60,263 nucleotides of DNA, taken from contig DASXMQ010000185.1 in the NCBI GenBank assembly GCA_036495625.1, positions 1-60,263 on the forward strand, written 5' to 3'. This document shows, in pieces, positions 27,170 to 36,472 of this stretch. The stretch is from Candidatus Binataceae bacterium. Its GTDB lineage: Bacteria; Desulfobacterota; Binatia; Binatales; Binataceae. A program made the translations under genes and the position numbers. The notes under the pieces are model-generated. The model saw nothing but the letters and a program-made list of their open reading frames with translations. It did no database searches and had not been told where the DNA came from. Positions within the stretch are counted from its first letter, which is position 1. The number at the start of each line of letters is the position of its first letter.

Positions 27170-28279
27170 ATGGCGGGCGCGATCTATCGCGCGGAGGTGA
27201 TCGGTTCGATGCTGCGGCCGGCGTGGCTCAAGCAGGCGCGCATCGACTTCGCCGCCGACCGCATCTCGACCGCCCAGTTCAAGCGGATCGAAGATCGCGC
27301 CGTCAACGAGGCGATCGCGCTGCAGGAGCGATGCGGCCTCGACGTGGCGAGCGACGGCGAGATGCGCCGCTCGGGCTTCGTCGCGCCGCTAAGCGACTAC
27401 GTCGAGGGTTTCGAGGCGGTCGCGTTCGACACGCGGCGCTGGCGCGGTGGCGGGATCGCCGGTGGCGGCGAGGTCAATCTCGCGGTGCCGCTCACGGTCA
27501 CCGGCAAGCTTAGGCGGCGGCGCTCGCTCGCGGCCGAGGAATTCATCTACGCGCGCGCCCGCACGCAACTGCCGCTCAAGATGGCGCTACCGAGTCCGCT
27601 GATGATGGCGCTGCGGTGGTCGCCCGAACATTCGGCGGCGGCCTATCCCGAGCCCTTCGCGCTCTTCGCTGACGCCGTCGATGTCCTGCGCGCCGAGGTC
27701 GCCGAACTGGCGAGCCTCGGATGCGAATATATCCAGATCGACGCGCCCGAGCTGGCGGCGCTGGTCGATCCCTCGACACGCGAGCAGGTCTTCGAGGCCC
27801 ACGGAATTTCGACCGCGCGGATGCTTGGCGAGGGAGTCGAGATGGTGAACACGCTCGCCGACGCGGCGGGCGTCACCTTCGGGCTTCATCTGTGCCGCGG
27901 CAACAACGCTGGCCACTGGCTGAGCGCGGGCGGCTACGAAGCGATCTCGAAGGAGGTCTTCGCGCGCCTCGCGCGCTACGACATCTTTCTGCTCGAGTAC
28001 GACACCCCGCGCGCGGGCTCGTTCGAGCCGCTCGCCGACCTCCCGCGCGACAAGCGCGTGGTGCTGGGCCTGGTCTCGACCAAGAGCGACGAGCTGGAAC
28101 CTTCCGGCGCGCTGATCGCGCGGATCGACGAAGCCGCGCGGTTTTTTCCGCGTGAGCAGATGGCGCTCTCCACGCAATGCGGCTTCGCCTCGGTGATGGC
28201 GGGTAATCCGATCGCCGCGGCGACGCAGGAAAAGAAGCTGCGGCTGGTGGCCGAGACCGCGCGCCGCACCTGGGGCTGA
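27170..28279 (+). CDS. Cobalamin-independent methionine synthase II (MetE C-terminal-like) family protein
   Basis: IGSMLRPAWL, DGEMRR, YIQIDAPEL, GLHLCRGN, VLGLVSTK, STQCGFAS (Zn-ligand contexts). Starts 3 nt after the SDR stop. Confidence 0.8.
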   Translation: MAGAIYRAEVIGSMLRPAWLKQARIDFAADRISTAQFKRIEDRAVNEAIALQERCGLDVASDGEMRRSGFVAPLSDYVEGFEAVAFDTRRWRGGGIAGGGEVNLAVPLTVTGKLRRRRSLAAEEFIYARARTQLPLKMALPSPLMMALRWSPEHSAAAYPEPFALFADAVDVLRAEVAELASLGCEYIQIDAPELAALVDPSTREQVFEAHGISTARMLGEGVEMVNTLADAAGVTFGLHLCRGNNAGHWLSAGGYEAISKEVFARLARYDIFLLEYDTPRAGSFEPLADLPRDKRVVLGLVSTKSDELEPSGALIARIDEAARFFPREQMALSTQCGFASVMAGNPIAAATQEKKLRLVAETARRTWG

Positions 28280-28338
28280 GCTCCGGAAGCCCGTTACCGG
28301 CCTTTAACCGCAGGCGCGCAAGCGCGTATCATCTCCCG

Positions 28339-28383
28339 CATCATGTGCCGCATCATCACGTGCCCCTTCATGATGTGCCCCAT
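28339..28383. repeat. 15-bp tandem repeat x3 (CATCAYGTGCCSC-like) in the hldE leader
   Basis: catcatgtgccgcat / catcacgtgcccctt / catgatgtgccccat, with a fourth half-copy catcaggtg at 28391. Confidence 0.8.
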
Positions 28384-28419
28384 CCTGCCGCATCAGGTGG
28401 AAAGCTCCTGGGCGCAACC

Positions 28420-30039
28420 ATGAAACGCTCGAGCCGCATCAAGCAGGACGCCGCCGGTCGCGACGGCGCCCCGGCGCCGCGCGCCGCGGGCGGCAGGGGA
28501 CGCGGGCGGGTCGAGCTTCCGGCGCTCAAACCGCTTCGCGTGCTGGTCGCCGGCGAGGTGATCCTCGACCGCTACATCATGGGCGACGTCGCGCGCGTCT
28601 CGCCCGAGGCGCCGATCCCGGTGCTGCAGGTCACCCGGGTCGAGGAGCGGCTTGGCAACGCGGGGTTCGTGATGGCGAACCTGCGCGCGCTCGGCGCGCA
28701 GGTCAGCGCGCTTAGCGTGGTCGGCGCCGATCGCAACGGCGAGTTGCTGCGCGAGATGTTCAACGACCTCGGTATCGACACGCGCGCGATCCTGGTCGAT
28801 TCCGATCGCCCGACGATCGTCAAGGAACGGATGCTCGGGTCGGTGCAATCGGCCAACCGCGCCACCCAGCAGCTTTTGCGCGTTGACCAGGAAGCGCCGC
28901 ACGCGCTTGGCCCGGCCCGCGAGCGCGCGCTCAGCCGCCATCTGGAGCGCGAGCTCAAGCGCGCCGATGGCGTGCTGATATCAGACATCAACAAGGGCCT
29001 GCTTACGCCGGCGCTTTTGCGCCAGCTTATCGACGGCGCGCGCCGGCGCCGGATCCCGGTCATCGTCGATCCACGCCTGACTGAGGACTTCTCGATCTAC
29101 AGCGGCGCGACCGCGCTTACGCCGAATCGCTACGAGACCGAGTTGGCGACCGGGATGCGGCTTATCGATCGTGACGCGTGGATGCGCGCGGCGGACGAGC
29201 TTATCCGCCGGGCGAAGCTCGACGCCTGCCTGGTGACGCTCGACCGCGACGGGATGTACCTCGCCGAGCGGCGCGGCGGAACGCATGCGCATATCGCGAC
29301 CACGCCGCGCGCGGTTTACGACGTAACCGGCGCGGGCGACGTGGTGCTGGCGGTGTTCGGGCTGTTCGCGATCGCCGGGCTGAGCTTCGCCGCGGCGGCG
29401 CAGCTGGCGAACCTCGCCGCGGGAATCGAGGTCAGCCGGCTCGGCGCCGAGATCATCACGCGCGAGGACCTCGCGCGCGCGCTGAGTCCCGGACCGGAGG
29501 GCCCCGAGCGCAAGATCGTATCGATCGCGGAACTGCGCCCGGCGCTCGAGCGCCTGCGCGGCGCGGGCCGGCGCGTGGTTTTCACCAACGGATGCTTCGA
29601 CCTGTTGCATGCGGGGCATATCGAGATGCTCAGCTTCGCGCGCGCGCAGGGCGACGCGCTGGTCGTGGGGCTCAACAGCGACCGCAGCGTGCGCCTGATC
29701 AAGGGCAACAGCCGTCCGATCTACCCCGCTACCGAGCGGGCGTTGATCCTGGCCGCGCTCGAGGCGGTCGATCACGTGGTCGTGTTCGACGAAGCCCGCG
29801 CCGAGCGGATCACCCGCGCCGTGCGGCCCGACGTACTGGTGAAGGGCGAGGACTGGCGGGACAAAATCGTGGACGGCCAGACGTTCGTCGAATCCTACGG
29901 CGGACGCGTTGCGCTCGCGCCGCTGCTGCCCGGCTATGGTACGACGCTGACGGTCGAGCGCCTGCGCGCAAGCGCTCCGCCGCCGGCCGCCGGCGCGGAA
30001 CTAGCGCTTAAGGGAGCGAAGACCAAGCCGCGCGGCTAG
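28420..30039 (+). CDS. hldE: Bifunctional D-glycero-beta-D-manno-heptose-7-phosphate kinase / heptose-1-phosphate adenylyltransferase
   Basis: Kinase half: VAGEVILDRYIMGDVARVSPEAPIPVL..GNAGFVMANL..DVTGAGD. Cytidylyltransferase half: VVFTNGCFDLLHAGHIEML..LVVGLNSD. ORF 28345..30039 trimmed to ATG 28420. Confidence 0.85.
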   Translation: MKRSSRIKQDAAGRDGAPAPRAAGGRGRGRVELPALKPLRVLVAGEVILDRYIMGDVARVSPEAPIPVLQVTRVEERLGNAGFVMANLRALGAQVSALSVVGADRNGELLREMFNDLGIDTRAILVDSDRPTIVKERMLGSVQSANRATQQLLRVDQEAPHALGPARERALSRHLERELKRADGVLISDINKGLLTPALLRQLIDGARRRRIPVIVDPRLTEDFSIYSGATALTPNRYETELATGMRLIDRDAWMRAADELIRRAKLDACLVTLDRDGMYLAERRGGTHAHIATTPRAVYDVTGAGDVVLAVFGLFAIAGLSFAAAAQLANLAAGIEVSRLGAEIITREDLARALSPGPEGPERKIVSIAELRPALERLRGAGRRVVFTNGCFDLLHAGHIEMLSFARAQGDALVVGLNSDRSVRLIKGNSRPIYPATERALILAALEAVDHVVVFDEARAERITRAVRPDVLVKGEDWRDKIVDGQTFVESYGGRVALAPLLPGYGTTLTVERLRASAPPPAAGAELALKGAKTKPRG

Positions 30040-31578
30040 CGCGCCGGCTGCGCGTTCAAGCTCCGGTAGCTTCATCCACCAGGCGAGTCCCAGGTAAACC
30101 GCGCCGAACGCGGGAATCACCGCGAGCCCCATCAGGCGCGGCCCCGCGTGTCCCATCGCGAGTTTGGCGGCCCATCCGGCGGCGCTCGCGGCCAGCGCTA
30201 TCGCCCACAGGCGCGCGACCAGCGCGCGGCTGATTCCAGTGCGGCCGATCCGCGAATTGAGCTTCCATCGCAGCAGCGTGAACTCGACCCAGGCGGCGCC
30301 GCCCGCCGACACGGTCAGGCCGGCGACGCCCCATCGCTGGGCGATCCCCAACAGGTGCGGCAGCGGAATCGCGCACAGGTATCCGAAGACGAGCGTGAGC
30401 GCAAAACGGATCAGCGCGAAGCGAAGCGGCGTCCGCGTATCCTCGAGCGCGTAGAACGCCGAGTTGTAGAGCCGCCCCATCGTCGCCGCCAGCATCCCCA
30501 CCGCCGAGCCGGCCAGCACCGCCCATACGTAAACCGCGTCGCGATGGGTGAAGCTGCCCGACTGGAAGATGAGCGCCGAGACGACGTCACCGAGAAACAG
30601 AAACGCCGCCGCCGACGGCACGACCAGGAACGCGATCTGGCGCAGTCCTGCGTCGAGACGCGAGCGCAATAACTCCGATATCTCCTCGACCGTGCCGGCC
30701 GCGCGCGACATGCTCGGCAGTTCGGCCGCCGCCACCGACATCCCGAACAGGCTTATCGGCAGGAGATAAAGGATGCTCGCGTAGCTGAGCGCGGCGACCG
30801 CTCCGGTGGGCAGCAGGCTCGCGAGCAGGTTGTCGACGTAGCCGGAAATCTGGCTTGCGCCGCGCCCGGCCACGACCGGAGTCAGATTGCGAAAGACCGT
30901 GCCCAGGGCGATGCGGGTTCGCGCGAGGTCGATTCGCATCCGGCCGACCAAGCGAATCGTCTGCGGCGCCTGCACGACAATCTGCGCGATCGCGCCGAGC
31001 ACCGCGGCCCATGCGAGGTCCACCGCGAGAGAGTCCTGCGAGCGGCGCGGCCCATAGACGAGCAACGCGCCGATGATCACGAGGTTCCAGGCGACCGGCG
31101 CGGTGTAGGAGGCGAAGAAACGATGATGGCTGTTGAGCACGCCGAGGCACCAGGCGGACAACACCAGCAGTCCGGCGCCCGGGAAGAAGATTCGCACCAG
31201 CGTGATCGTCAGCTCGCGCTTGGATCCGGAGAAACCCGGCGCGATCGCCGCGATCAGCCAGGGCGTCGCCCACACGCCCAGCGCGACCAGGATTGAAACC
31301 CCGAGCGCGAGCAGCGCGCCGACGCTCCATGCGAGCGTCTCGGCCGTCTCCTCGTCGCCCTCGTGCAGGAGCTTGCTGTAAACCGGAATGAATGAGGCCG
31401 AAAGCACACCCTCGCCGAGGAGGTTCTGCAGGATGTTGGGGATGCGGATGCCGGCCTTGAAGGCGTCGGCCGCGTCGGAGTTGCCGAGGTAATGCGCGAA
31501 GATGCTTTCGCGGACGAGGCCGGCGATACGGCTCAGCAGGATGCCAGCCGCGACCAGGTGCGCCAGGTTGGGGCCCAG
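30001..31578 (-). CDS. murJ: Lipid II flippase MurJ (start codon unresolved; CTG 31578 proposed)
   Basis: The tracked ORF starts at GTG 31407 (..SASFIPVYS). The same frame stays open upstream and encodes the conserved MurJ N-terminus LGPNLAHLVAAGILLSRIAGLVRESIFAHYLGNSDAADAFKAGIRIPNILQNLLGEG. There is no ATG/GTG/TTG in that frame before the TAG at 31833. Confidence 0.75.
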   Translation of the reverse strand: MGPNLAHLVAAGILLSRIAGLVRESIFAHYLGNSDAADAFKAGIRIPNILQNLLGEGVLSASFIPVYSKLLHEGDEETAETLAWSVGALLALGVSILVALGVWATPWLIAAIAPGFSGSKRELTITLVRIFFPGAGLLVLSAWCLGVLNSHHRFFASYTAPVAWNLVIIGALLVYGPRRSQDSLAVDLAWAAVLGAIAQIVVQAPQTIRLVGRMRIDLARTRIALGTVFRNLTPVVAGRGASQISGYVDNLLASLLPTGAVAALSYASILYLLPISLFGMSVAAAELPSMSRAAGTVEEISELLRSRLDAGLRQIAFLVVPSAAAFLFLGDVVSALIFQSGSFTHRDAVYVWAVLAGSAVGMLAATMGRLYNSAFYALEDTRTPLRFALIRFALTLVFGYLCAIPLPHLLGIAQRWGVAGLTVSAGGAAWVEFTLLRWKLNSRIGRTGISRALVARLWAIALAASAAGWAAKLAMGHAGPRLMGLAVIPAFGAVYLGLAWWMKLPELERAAGALAARLGLRSLKR

Positions 31579-31849
31579 GCGTGCGGCGAGCGGCGGGGCG
31601 GCGGGCGGATCCGCGGGCGCGGCGTGCGGTGCCGCTTGGGGGTTGTGCGAGCCGGTTACGATGTTGCTCGGCGCTCCTATGGGATGCGTCGCGCTAGAGT
31701 ATAGCGGCGCGCCGCCGCCGCTTGTAGGCGGCGCCGCTGGGTCGAGCGCGAAAGCGCCTGACTCTTTGCGGCGCCTGGTCGTTTCCAGTTTTTCGCCCTG
31801 AGCCTTGCTTGTGCCGCTGATGGGCGCTGTCTAAGCTTCGTAAATTCCG

Positions 31850-32248
31850 TTGAAGGGAGAGGGAGCCACGTTCGCGCTCAGCAATACGCCGCCGTCCGAT
31901 CGTTTCGATATCGAAAACTGGATCAACTTCGACGCGATCCAGTTGCTCGTCCATCATGCGAGCGCGGTGGTCGCGGCGATCGTGATCTTTGCGGTGGTCG
32001 CGCGGCTTGCGATCTGGCTTCTGCCGCACGGCCTGGTACGCAAGATCGTCGTCGTCATCGACGACGCTGTTCTGATCGCGCTGCTTCTGTATTTCGCCTA
32101 CGAGATGCTCGTTTATCTGTGGAATCGGAAACCTCCGCTGGAACACGGCGCGGCCGCCGGCGCCGCGATCGGCGCGTTGGAGGGCCGTCTTCCGCCGCAT
32201 GCCGCGAAAGCGCTCCGTGCGATCGCCAGGCCGTTCGCTCATCTCTAA
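31850..32248 (+). CDS. Hypothetical small membrane protein (2 predicted TM helices)
   Basis: TTG start. G/C-rich third positions through the hydrophobic core (HHASAVVAAIVIFAVVARLAIWLL, IVVVIDDAVLIALLLYFAY). No family recognised. Confidence 0.45.
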   Translation: MKGEGATFALSNTPPSDRFDIENWINFDAIQLLVHHASAVVAAIVIFAVVARLAIWLLPHGLVRKIVVVIDDAVLIALLLYFAYEMLVYLWNRKPPLEHGAAAGAAIGALEGRLPPHAAKALRAIARPFAHL

Positions 32249-32321
32249 TCGCCGCCTCCACCCCTCTTGGTAACGCGCATCCCGCGGACATAAGCTGTTT
32301 GCAAGGCTGTAACGACGTTCG

Positions 32322-33506
32322 ATGATCTCCGCAAATTGCAATGAGCGCGGCGCGGCACCGTTTTCGCTCTACCTGCACATCCCGTACTGCCAATCCAAGT
32401 GCCCGTACTGCGATTTCAATTCTCACGCGGCCGCGAGCTGGCCCGAAGAGGACTACGTTCGCGCGCTCATCGCGGAGATCGAACGCCGCGCCGGTGAAGC
32501 GCCATGGGCCGGACGGCGGCTCAAGACGATCTTCTTCGGCGGCGGCACGCCCTCGCTCTTCCGGCCGGAATCGATCGCGGCGGTGATGGCGGCGGCGGAG
32601 CGCCGCTTCGGTCTCGAAGCTGGCGCCGAGGTCACGCTGGAAGCGAATCCGGGAACGGTGGAGGCGGCGAAGCTTGGCGGGATGCGCGCCGCGGGGATCA
32701 ATCGAATCAGCTTCGGCGCGCAATCGTTCAACGAAGATCGGCTCAAGTTTCTCGGCCGGATTCACGGCGCGGCGGAGACCCGGGAGGCGGTCCGGCTCGC
32801 CCGTCGAGCGGGCTTCGAACGGCTCAACCTCGATCTCATCTTTGCGGTCCCTGGACAGACTCTCGACGAGACGCTCAACGACATCGCCGAAGCCGCCGCG
32901 CTCGGTCCCGATCATATCTCGGCCTACAATCTCACCTTCGAGGAGGGGACCGCGTTTTTCACCGAGATGAAACGCGGGCGGATTCGGCCGCTCTCCTCCG
33001 ACCGGCAGGCCGAGTTCTATGCCGCGGTGCGCGAGGAACTGCCGCGGCGCGGCTATCCGATGTACGAAATCTCCAACTATGCGCCGCCCGGCCACGAGGC
33101 GCGGCACAATCTGAGTTACTGGCGGATGGAGAGTTACCTGGGCGTAGGCGCCGGAGCCCATAGCTTCGCGCGGGGCGGCGACGGCGGCGGGCGGCGATGG
33201 TGGAACGAGCGGATGCCCGTGCGCTACGTCGAGTGCGCGCTCAAAGCCGGTCTCGCGGAAGCGGGCGGCGAGACGGTCGATGCCGCAACCGCGCGCGGCG
33301 AGTTCGTGTTTCTGAATTTGCGCCTGCGCGAGGGATTTGCGCTTTCCGAGTTCGCGGCGCGCTTCGGCGAAAGCTTCGACCGCGTCTTCGGCGCGCGCGC
33401 GGCGCGGCTCTTCGAGGGCGGCCTGCTCCTTCGCGGCGAGGAGCGAATCCGGCTGAGCGAGCGCGGCCTCGAACTTGCCGATTCGGTCTTTGCCGAATTC
33501 ATCTAG
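32322..33506 (+). CDS. hemW: Radical SAM heme chaperone HemW (HemN-like, oxygen-independent coproporphyrinogen oxidase family)
   Basis: LYLHIPYCQSKCPYCDF (CxxxCxxC), FFGGGTPS, INRISFGAQSF, EARHNLSYW. Confidence 0.85.
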   Translation: MISANCNERGAAPFSLYLHIPYCQSKCPYCDFNSHAAASWPEEDYVRALIAEIERRAGEAPWAGRRLKTIFFGGGTPSLFRPESIAAVMAAAERRFGLEAGAEVTLEANPGTVEAAKLGGMRAAGINRISFGAQSFNEDRLKFLGRIHGAAETREAVRLARRAGFERLNLDLIFAVPGQTLDETLNDIAEAAALGPDHISAYNLTFEEGTAFFTEMKRGRIRPLSSDRQAEFYAAVREELPRRGYPMYEISNYAPPGHEARHNLSYWRMESYLGVGAGAHSFARGGDGGGRRWWNERMPVRYVECALKAGLAEAGGETVDAATARGEFVFLNLRLREGFALSEFAARFGESFDRVFGARAARLFEGGLLLRGEERIRLSERGLELADSVFAEFI

Positions 33507-33688
33507 AACGGCTGAGGTTGCAACTTCAAGAATTTGCTATTTCCGCGGCTTCGCGATCGTCAATTCGCGCGCTCGCGAACCGGCCATGGATTGATCGCAA
33601 AGAGCGCTCTTGCCCGGTAAGAGCCCGTGCGCTACCTCATTCTAACGCCAGCTTTGTCTGGCTTTAGCTGCAGTCCCCGAGGCCGCGC

Positions 33689-34732
33689 TTGGCGACGAAC
33701 AAGGAAATCGAGGATCAGTTCTCCAGCGCGGTGAAATCCGCGCTTGACGAGTCGGGGGTGGTCCCGCCGCGATTCGAAGATCTCGCGCGGCCGCCGCAGG
33801 TCGAGCGCCCAAGGCGCGTCCGCGCCTGGGCGATTGGTCTCCTGGTCGTCGCTTCCGCGGCGACGGCGGCGGTCGTCGTGGTTGCGGTGATGCAGGTGTG
33901 GCGCGTTCGCGAGACGCCCTTGAATGTCGAGATGGCTGTAAAGGCGCCGCCGGGCGGCTTTGCCGGGTTATCCAATCCATCAGCGCAGACGCCTAATCCG
34001 TCGGCGCAGGCGCCTGCCGCCGGGTCCGCGCACGCGCCGGCCACCGCGCGGCCGCACTCCGCCGCAATCGAATCGATGCCCTCAGCCTCGAGTCCCGCAG
34101 CGCCACCGGCGGCGGTAAGCGCTCCCACTGCCCCAACGCCCGGCTCGGTTGAGGAGATTCCATCAAGGGGATCCCTCGCGATGGCATCGGCTCCGGTTCG
34201 CCGTGCGCGAATCTCGCGCCGCGCTCGCGACCGCCATCCGGCCGCGGCGATCGCATCTGTCCGCGGCCTCAAACCCGCCCTGCCGGAGCAATCGGCGAAG
34301 ACGCATCCGGCGCCGGCCGCGCAGAAGCCCGCGGCTGCCGCCGTCCTGCTGCCGCCTCGGGCGATCGGCGCTGCCGCCGCTCACACCGTGCTGGTCTCGT
34401 CGCCCGACCATACGGTGTACTGGGCGCTCGAAGCCTGGGGGACGATCTTCCGCTGGACTGACGCGGAGAACTGGAAACAGCAGGGAACCGACGTGCAAGC
34501 GGACCTGTTGGCCGGCGAAGCGCCCTCGAACACGGTGTGCTGGGTGGTCGGACGGCACGGAACGATCCTGCTTACGACGGACGGCAAGCGCTGGCGGCAG
34601 ATCAAATCGCCGACCAACGCCGACATTACAGGCGTGTCGGCGCTGAGCGCCGACGTCGCGGACATCATCGTCAGCGACGGTTCGCGCCTGAGCACCATCG
34701 ATCGCGGCGGCTATTGGATGCCGACCATCTGA
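33689..34732 (+). CDS. Membrane-anchored hypothetical protein with Ala/Pro-rich linker and Ycf48/BNR-like C-terminal repeats
   Basis: TTG start. One TM (WAIGLLVVASAATAAVVVVAVM). C-terminal blades GTIFRWTDAENW / GTILLTTDGKRW. Confidence 0.55.
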   Translation: MATNKEIEDQFSSAVKSALDESGVVPPRFEDLARPPQVERPRRVRAWAIGLLVVASAATAAVVVVAVMQVWRVRETPLNVEMAVKAPPGGFAGLSNPSAQTPNPSAQAPAAGSAHAPATARPHSAAIESMPSASSPAAPPAAVSAPTAPTPGSVEEIPSRGSLAMASAPVRRARISRRARDRHPAAAIASVRGLKPALPEQSAKTHPAPAAQKPAAAAVLLPPRAIGAAAAHTVLVSSPDHTVYWALEAWGTIFRWTDAENWKQQGTDVQADLLAGEAPSNTVCWVVGRHGTILLTTDGKRWRQIKSPTNADITGVSALSADVADIIVSDGSRLSTIDRGGYWMPTI

Positions 34733-34775
34733 GCGCTGGCGCGCACGCGCGGGTTTCGCTTTCGGGTTTCGCCGA

Positions 34776-36416
34776 TCAGGCGAGCGTCGCGTCGACGATT
34801 TCGGCCACGCGCGCGGGCGTGGTCAGGCGGATGAAAGCGCCCAGGCGAGGCCCGCGCTCCTGGCCCAGGATCACGCGGTAGAGCAGCGGAAAAATCTTGC
34901 CCGGCTTGTCGTAATGCCGCCGCCCGAGCTCGTAGATCGCCTTTTCGATCTCCTCGGCGCCTGCCGCTCCGTTTTGCGCGAGCCAGGCGCTCAGCGCGCG
35001 CAGCTGCTCGCGCTCGCCGTCGCTCGGCGTGTAGTGAAACTTGGCCGGCTCGATAAAGTCGCGGTAGAAATTCAGCGCGCATTCCATCAAATCGCGCGTA
35101 AGCCGCGCGGTGTCCGGGTCATTCTCGATCCCCGGGTCGTAGTGCGTCAGGTAGCGCCAGATGAGCTCGCGCTCGCCGCTGCCGAGTGCCGCGACCAGGT
35201 TCATCACCAGGCCGAAGCTGAGCGTCGAGTTGAAGCGCCGCGCGCTCTGGCCCTGCAGCACGAACTCCAGCGGCGAGTTGCGCCGCGCGGTCTCGTCCGC
35301 CGCGCTCCACGCGCGCAGCGCGTCGAGATATTCGTCGGTGTACTGCGGAATCGACTCGAGGAACAGCTTGCGCGCGCGCCGCGGATTCAGAATCAGGAAA
35401 TACTTGAGCACCTCGATCGGCGCATAGCGCCGCCACTGCTCCACCCCGACCCCGCGGCCGACCGATTTCGAGACCTTGTGCCCCTCCTCGTCGAGGTACA
35501 TCTCGAACGGGAAACCGAGCGGAGGGCGGCCGCCGAGCACGCGCAGAATCTGCCCCGAAAGGCGCGCCGAATCGATCAGGTCCTTGCCATAAAGCTCGTA
35601 GTCCACGTTCAGCACGTACCATCGCAGCGCCCAATCGACTTTCCACTGCACTTTGGCTTTGCCGCCGAGCACGCTTTGCTCGCCGCGAAAGCCGCATCCA
35701 TGGGCGCCGCCGAAGCTGCGCTCGCAGGAAAACTCGACGGTCGCGCGCTCGGGATGGTACGCCGTGACCAGGGTCGAGTTTATCTGGCCGCACGCCGGAC
35801 AAAGTGGCATCACGGGCGACCATCCCGCGCGGTTCTCCTCGCGCAGCGTGGGCGCGACGATTTGAATTATCTCGGCGTGTTTCTCGAGGATCACCTTGAG
35901 CGCCTCGTCGAAGCGGCCGCTCGCGTACATCTCGCTCGAAAGCATCAGGTCGTAGCTGACCTCGACCGGCGCGAGAAATTCTCCCAGCAGCGCGATCATG
36001 TGGCCGGCGAAGCTCGGATGGCAATCGCCGAAAGGGTCAGGGATCTTCGATACCGGCTGGCCCAGGAAGGGCGCCGTCGCTTCGCGATTGGGAACGCTCT
36101 CGGGGACCTTGCGCAGACCGTCCATGTCGTCGATGAAAACGATGAGCCGGGTCGGACGGCGAAATGCCGCGCTCGCGGACGGATTCGCGGGCGGGTTCTC
36201 CGGATCGATCTCGCCGATAACTTTGAAGGCATGCTGGACATAGGCGGGACGCAAAATCTCGCCCATCGTGCCCAGATGCGGCAGTCCCGAGGGGCCAAAG
36301 CCGCTTTCGAAAATAACCTCGCGCCCGGGCGGGTAACTGGCGACCCGCTCGGCGAGCCGCCGGGCCTCTTCATATGGCCAAAGGTCAAGTCCGGTACGCT
36401 CAGCCGACGCCATCAA
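34776..36416 (-). CDS. lysK: Lysine--tRNA ligase, class I
   Basis: Class I signatures SGLPHLGTMGE (HIGH-like) and KVSKSVG (KMSKS-like). Zn-knuckle region CPACGQ..GCGF. Length 546 aa. TTG 36416 or ATG 36413. Confidence 0.9.
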   Translation of the reverse strand: MMASAERTGLDLWPYEEARRLAERVASYPPGREVIFESGFGPSGLPHLGTMGEILRPAYVQHAFKVIGEIDPENPPANPSASAAFRRPTRLIVFIDDMDGLRKVPESVPNREATAPFLGQPVSKIPDPFGDCHPSFAGHMIALLGEFLAPVEVSYDLMLSSEMYASGRFDEALKVILEKHAEIIQIVAPTLREENRAGWSPVMPLCPACGQINSTLVTAYHPERATVEFSCERSFGGAHGCGFRGEQSVLGGKAKVQWKVDWALRWYVLNVDYELYGKDLIDSARLSGQILRVLGGRPPLGFPFEMYLDEEGHKVSKSVGRGVGVEQWRRYAPIEVLKYFLILNPRRARKLFLESIPQYTDEYLDALRAWSAADETARRNSPLEFVLQGQSARRFNSTLSFGLVMNLVAALGSGERELIWRYLTHYDPGIENDPDTARLTRDLMECALNFYRDFIEPAKFHYTPSDGEREQLRALSAWLAQNGAAGAEEIEKAIYELGRRHYDKPGKIFPLLYRVILGQERGPRLGAFIRLTTPARVAEIVDATLA

Positions 36417-36472
36417 TCGTGAATCCTTGGATTACTAATTCTTTGTCCTGCACCGGTTATGCGCCGCCCCCG

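Noticed and set aside
34914-36422. 502-aa plus-strand ORF
   Set aside because: Antisense to class I LysRS, which carries clear HIGH/KMSKS-type motifs. The composition is Arg/Ala-dominated.
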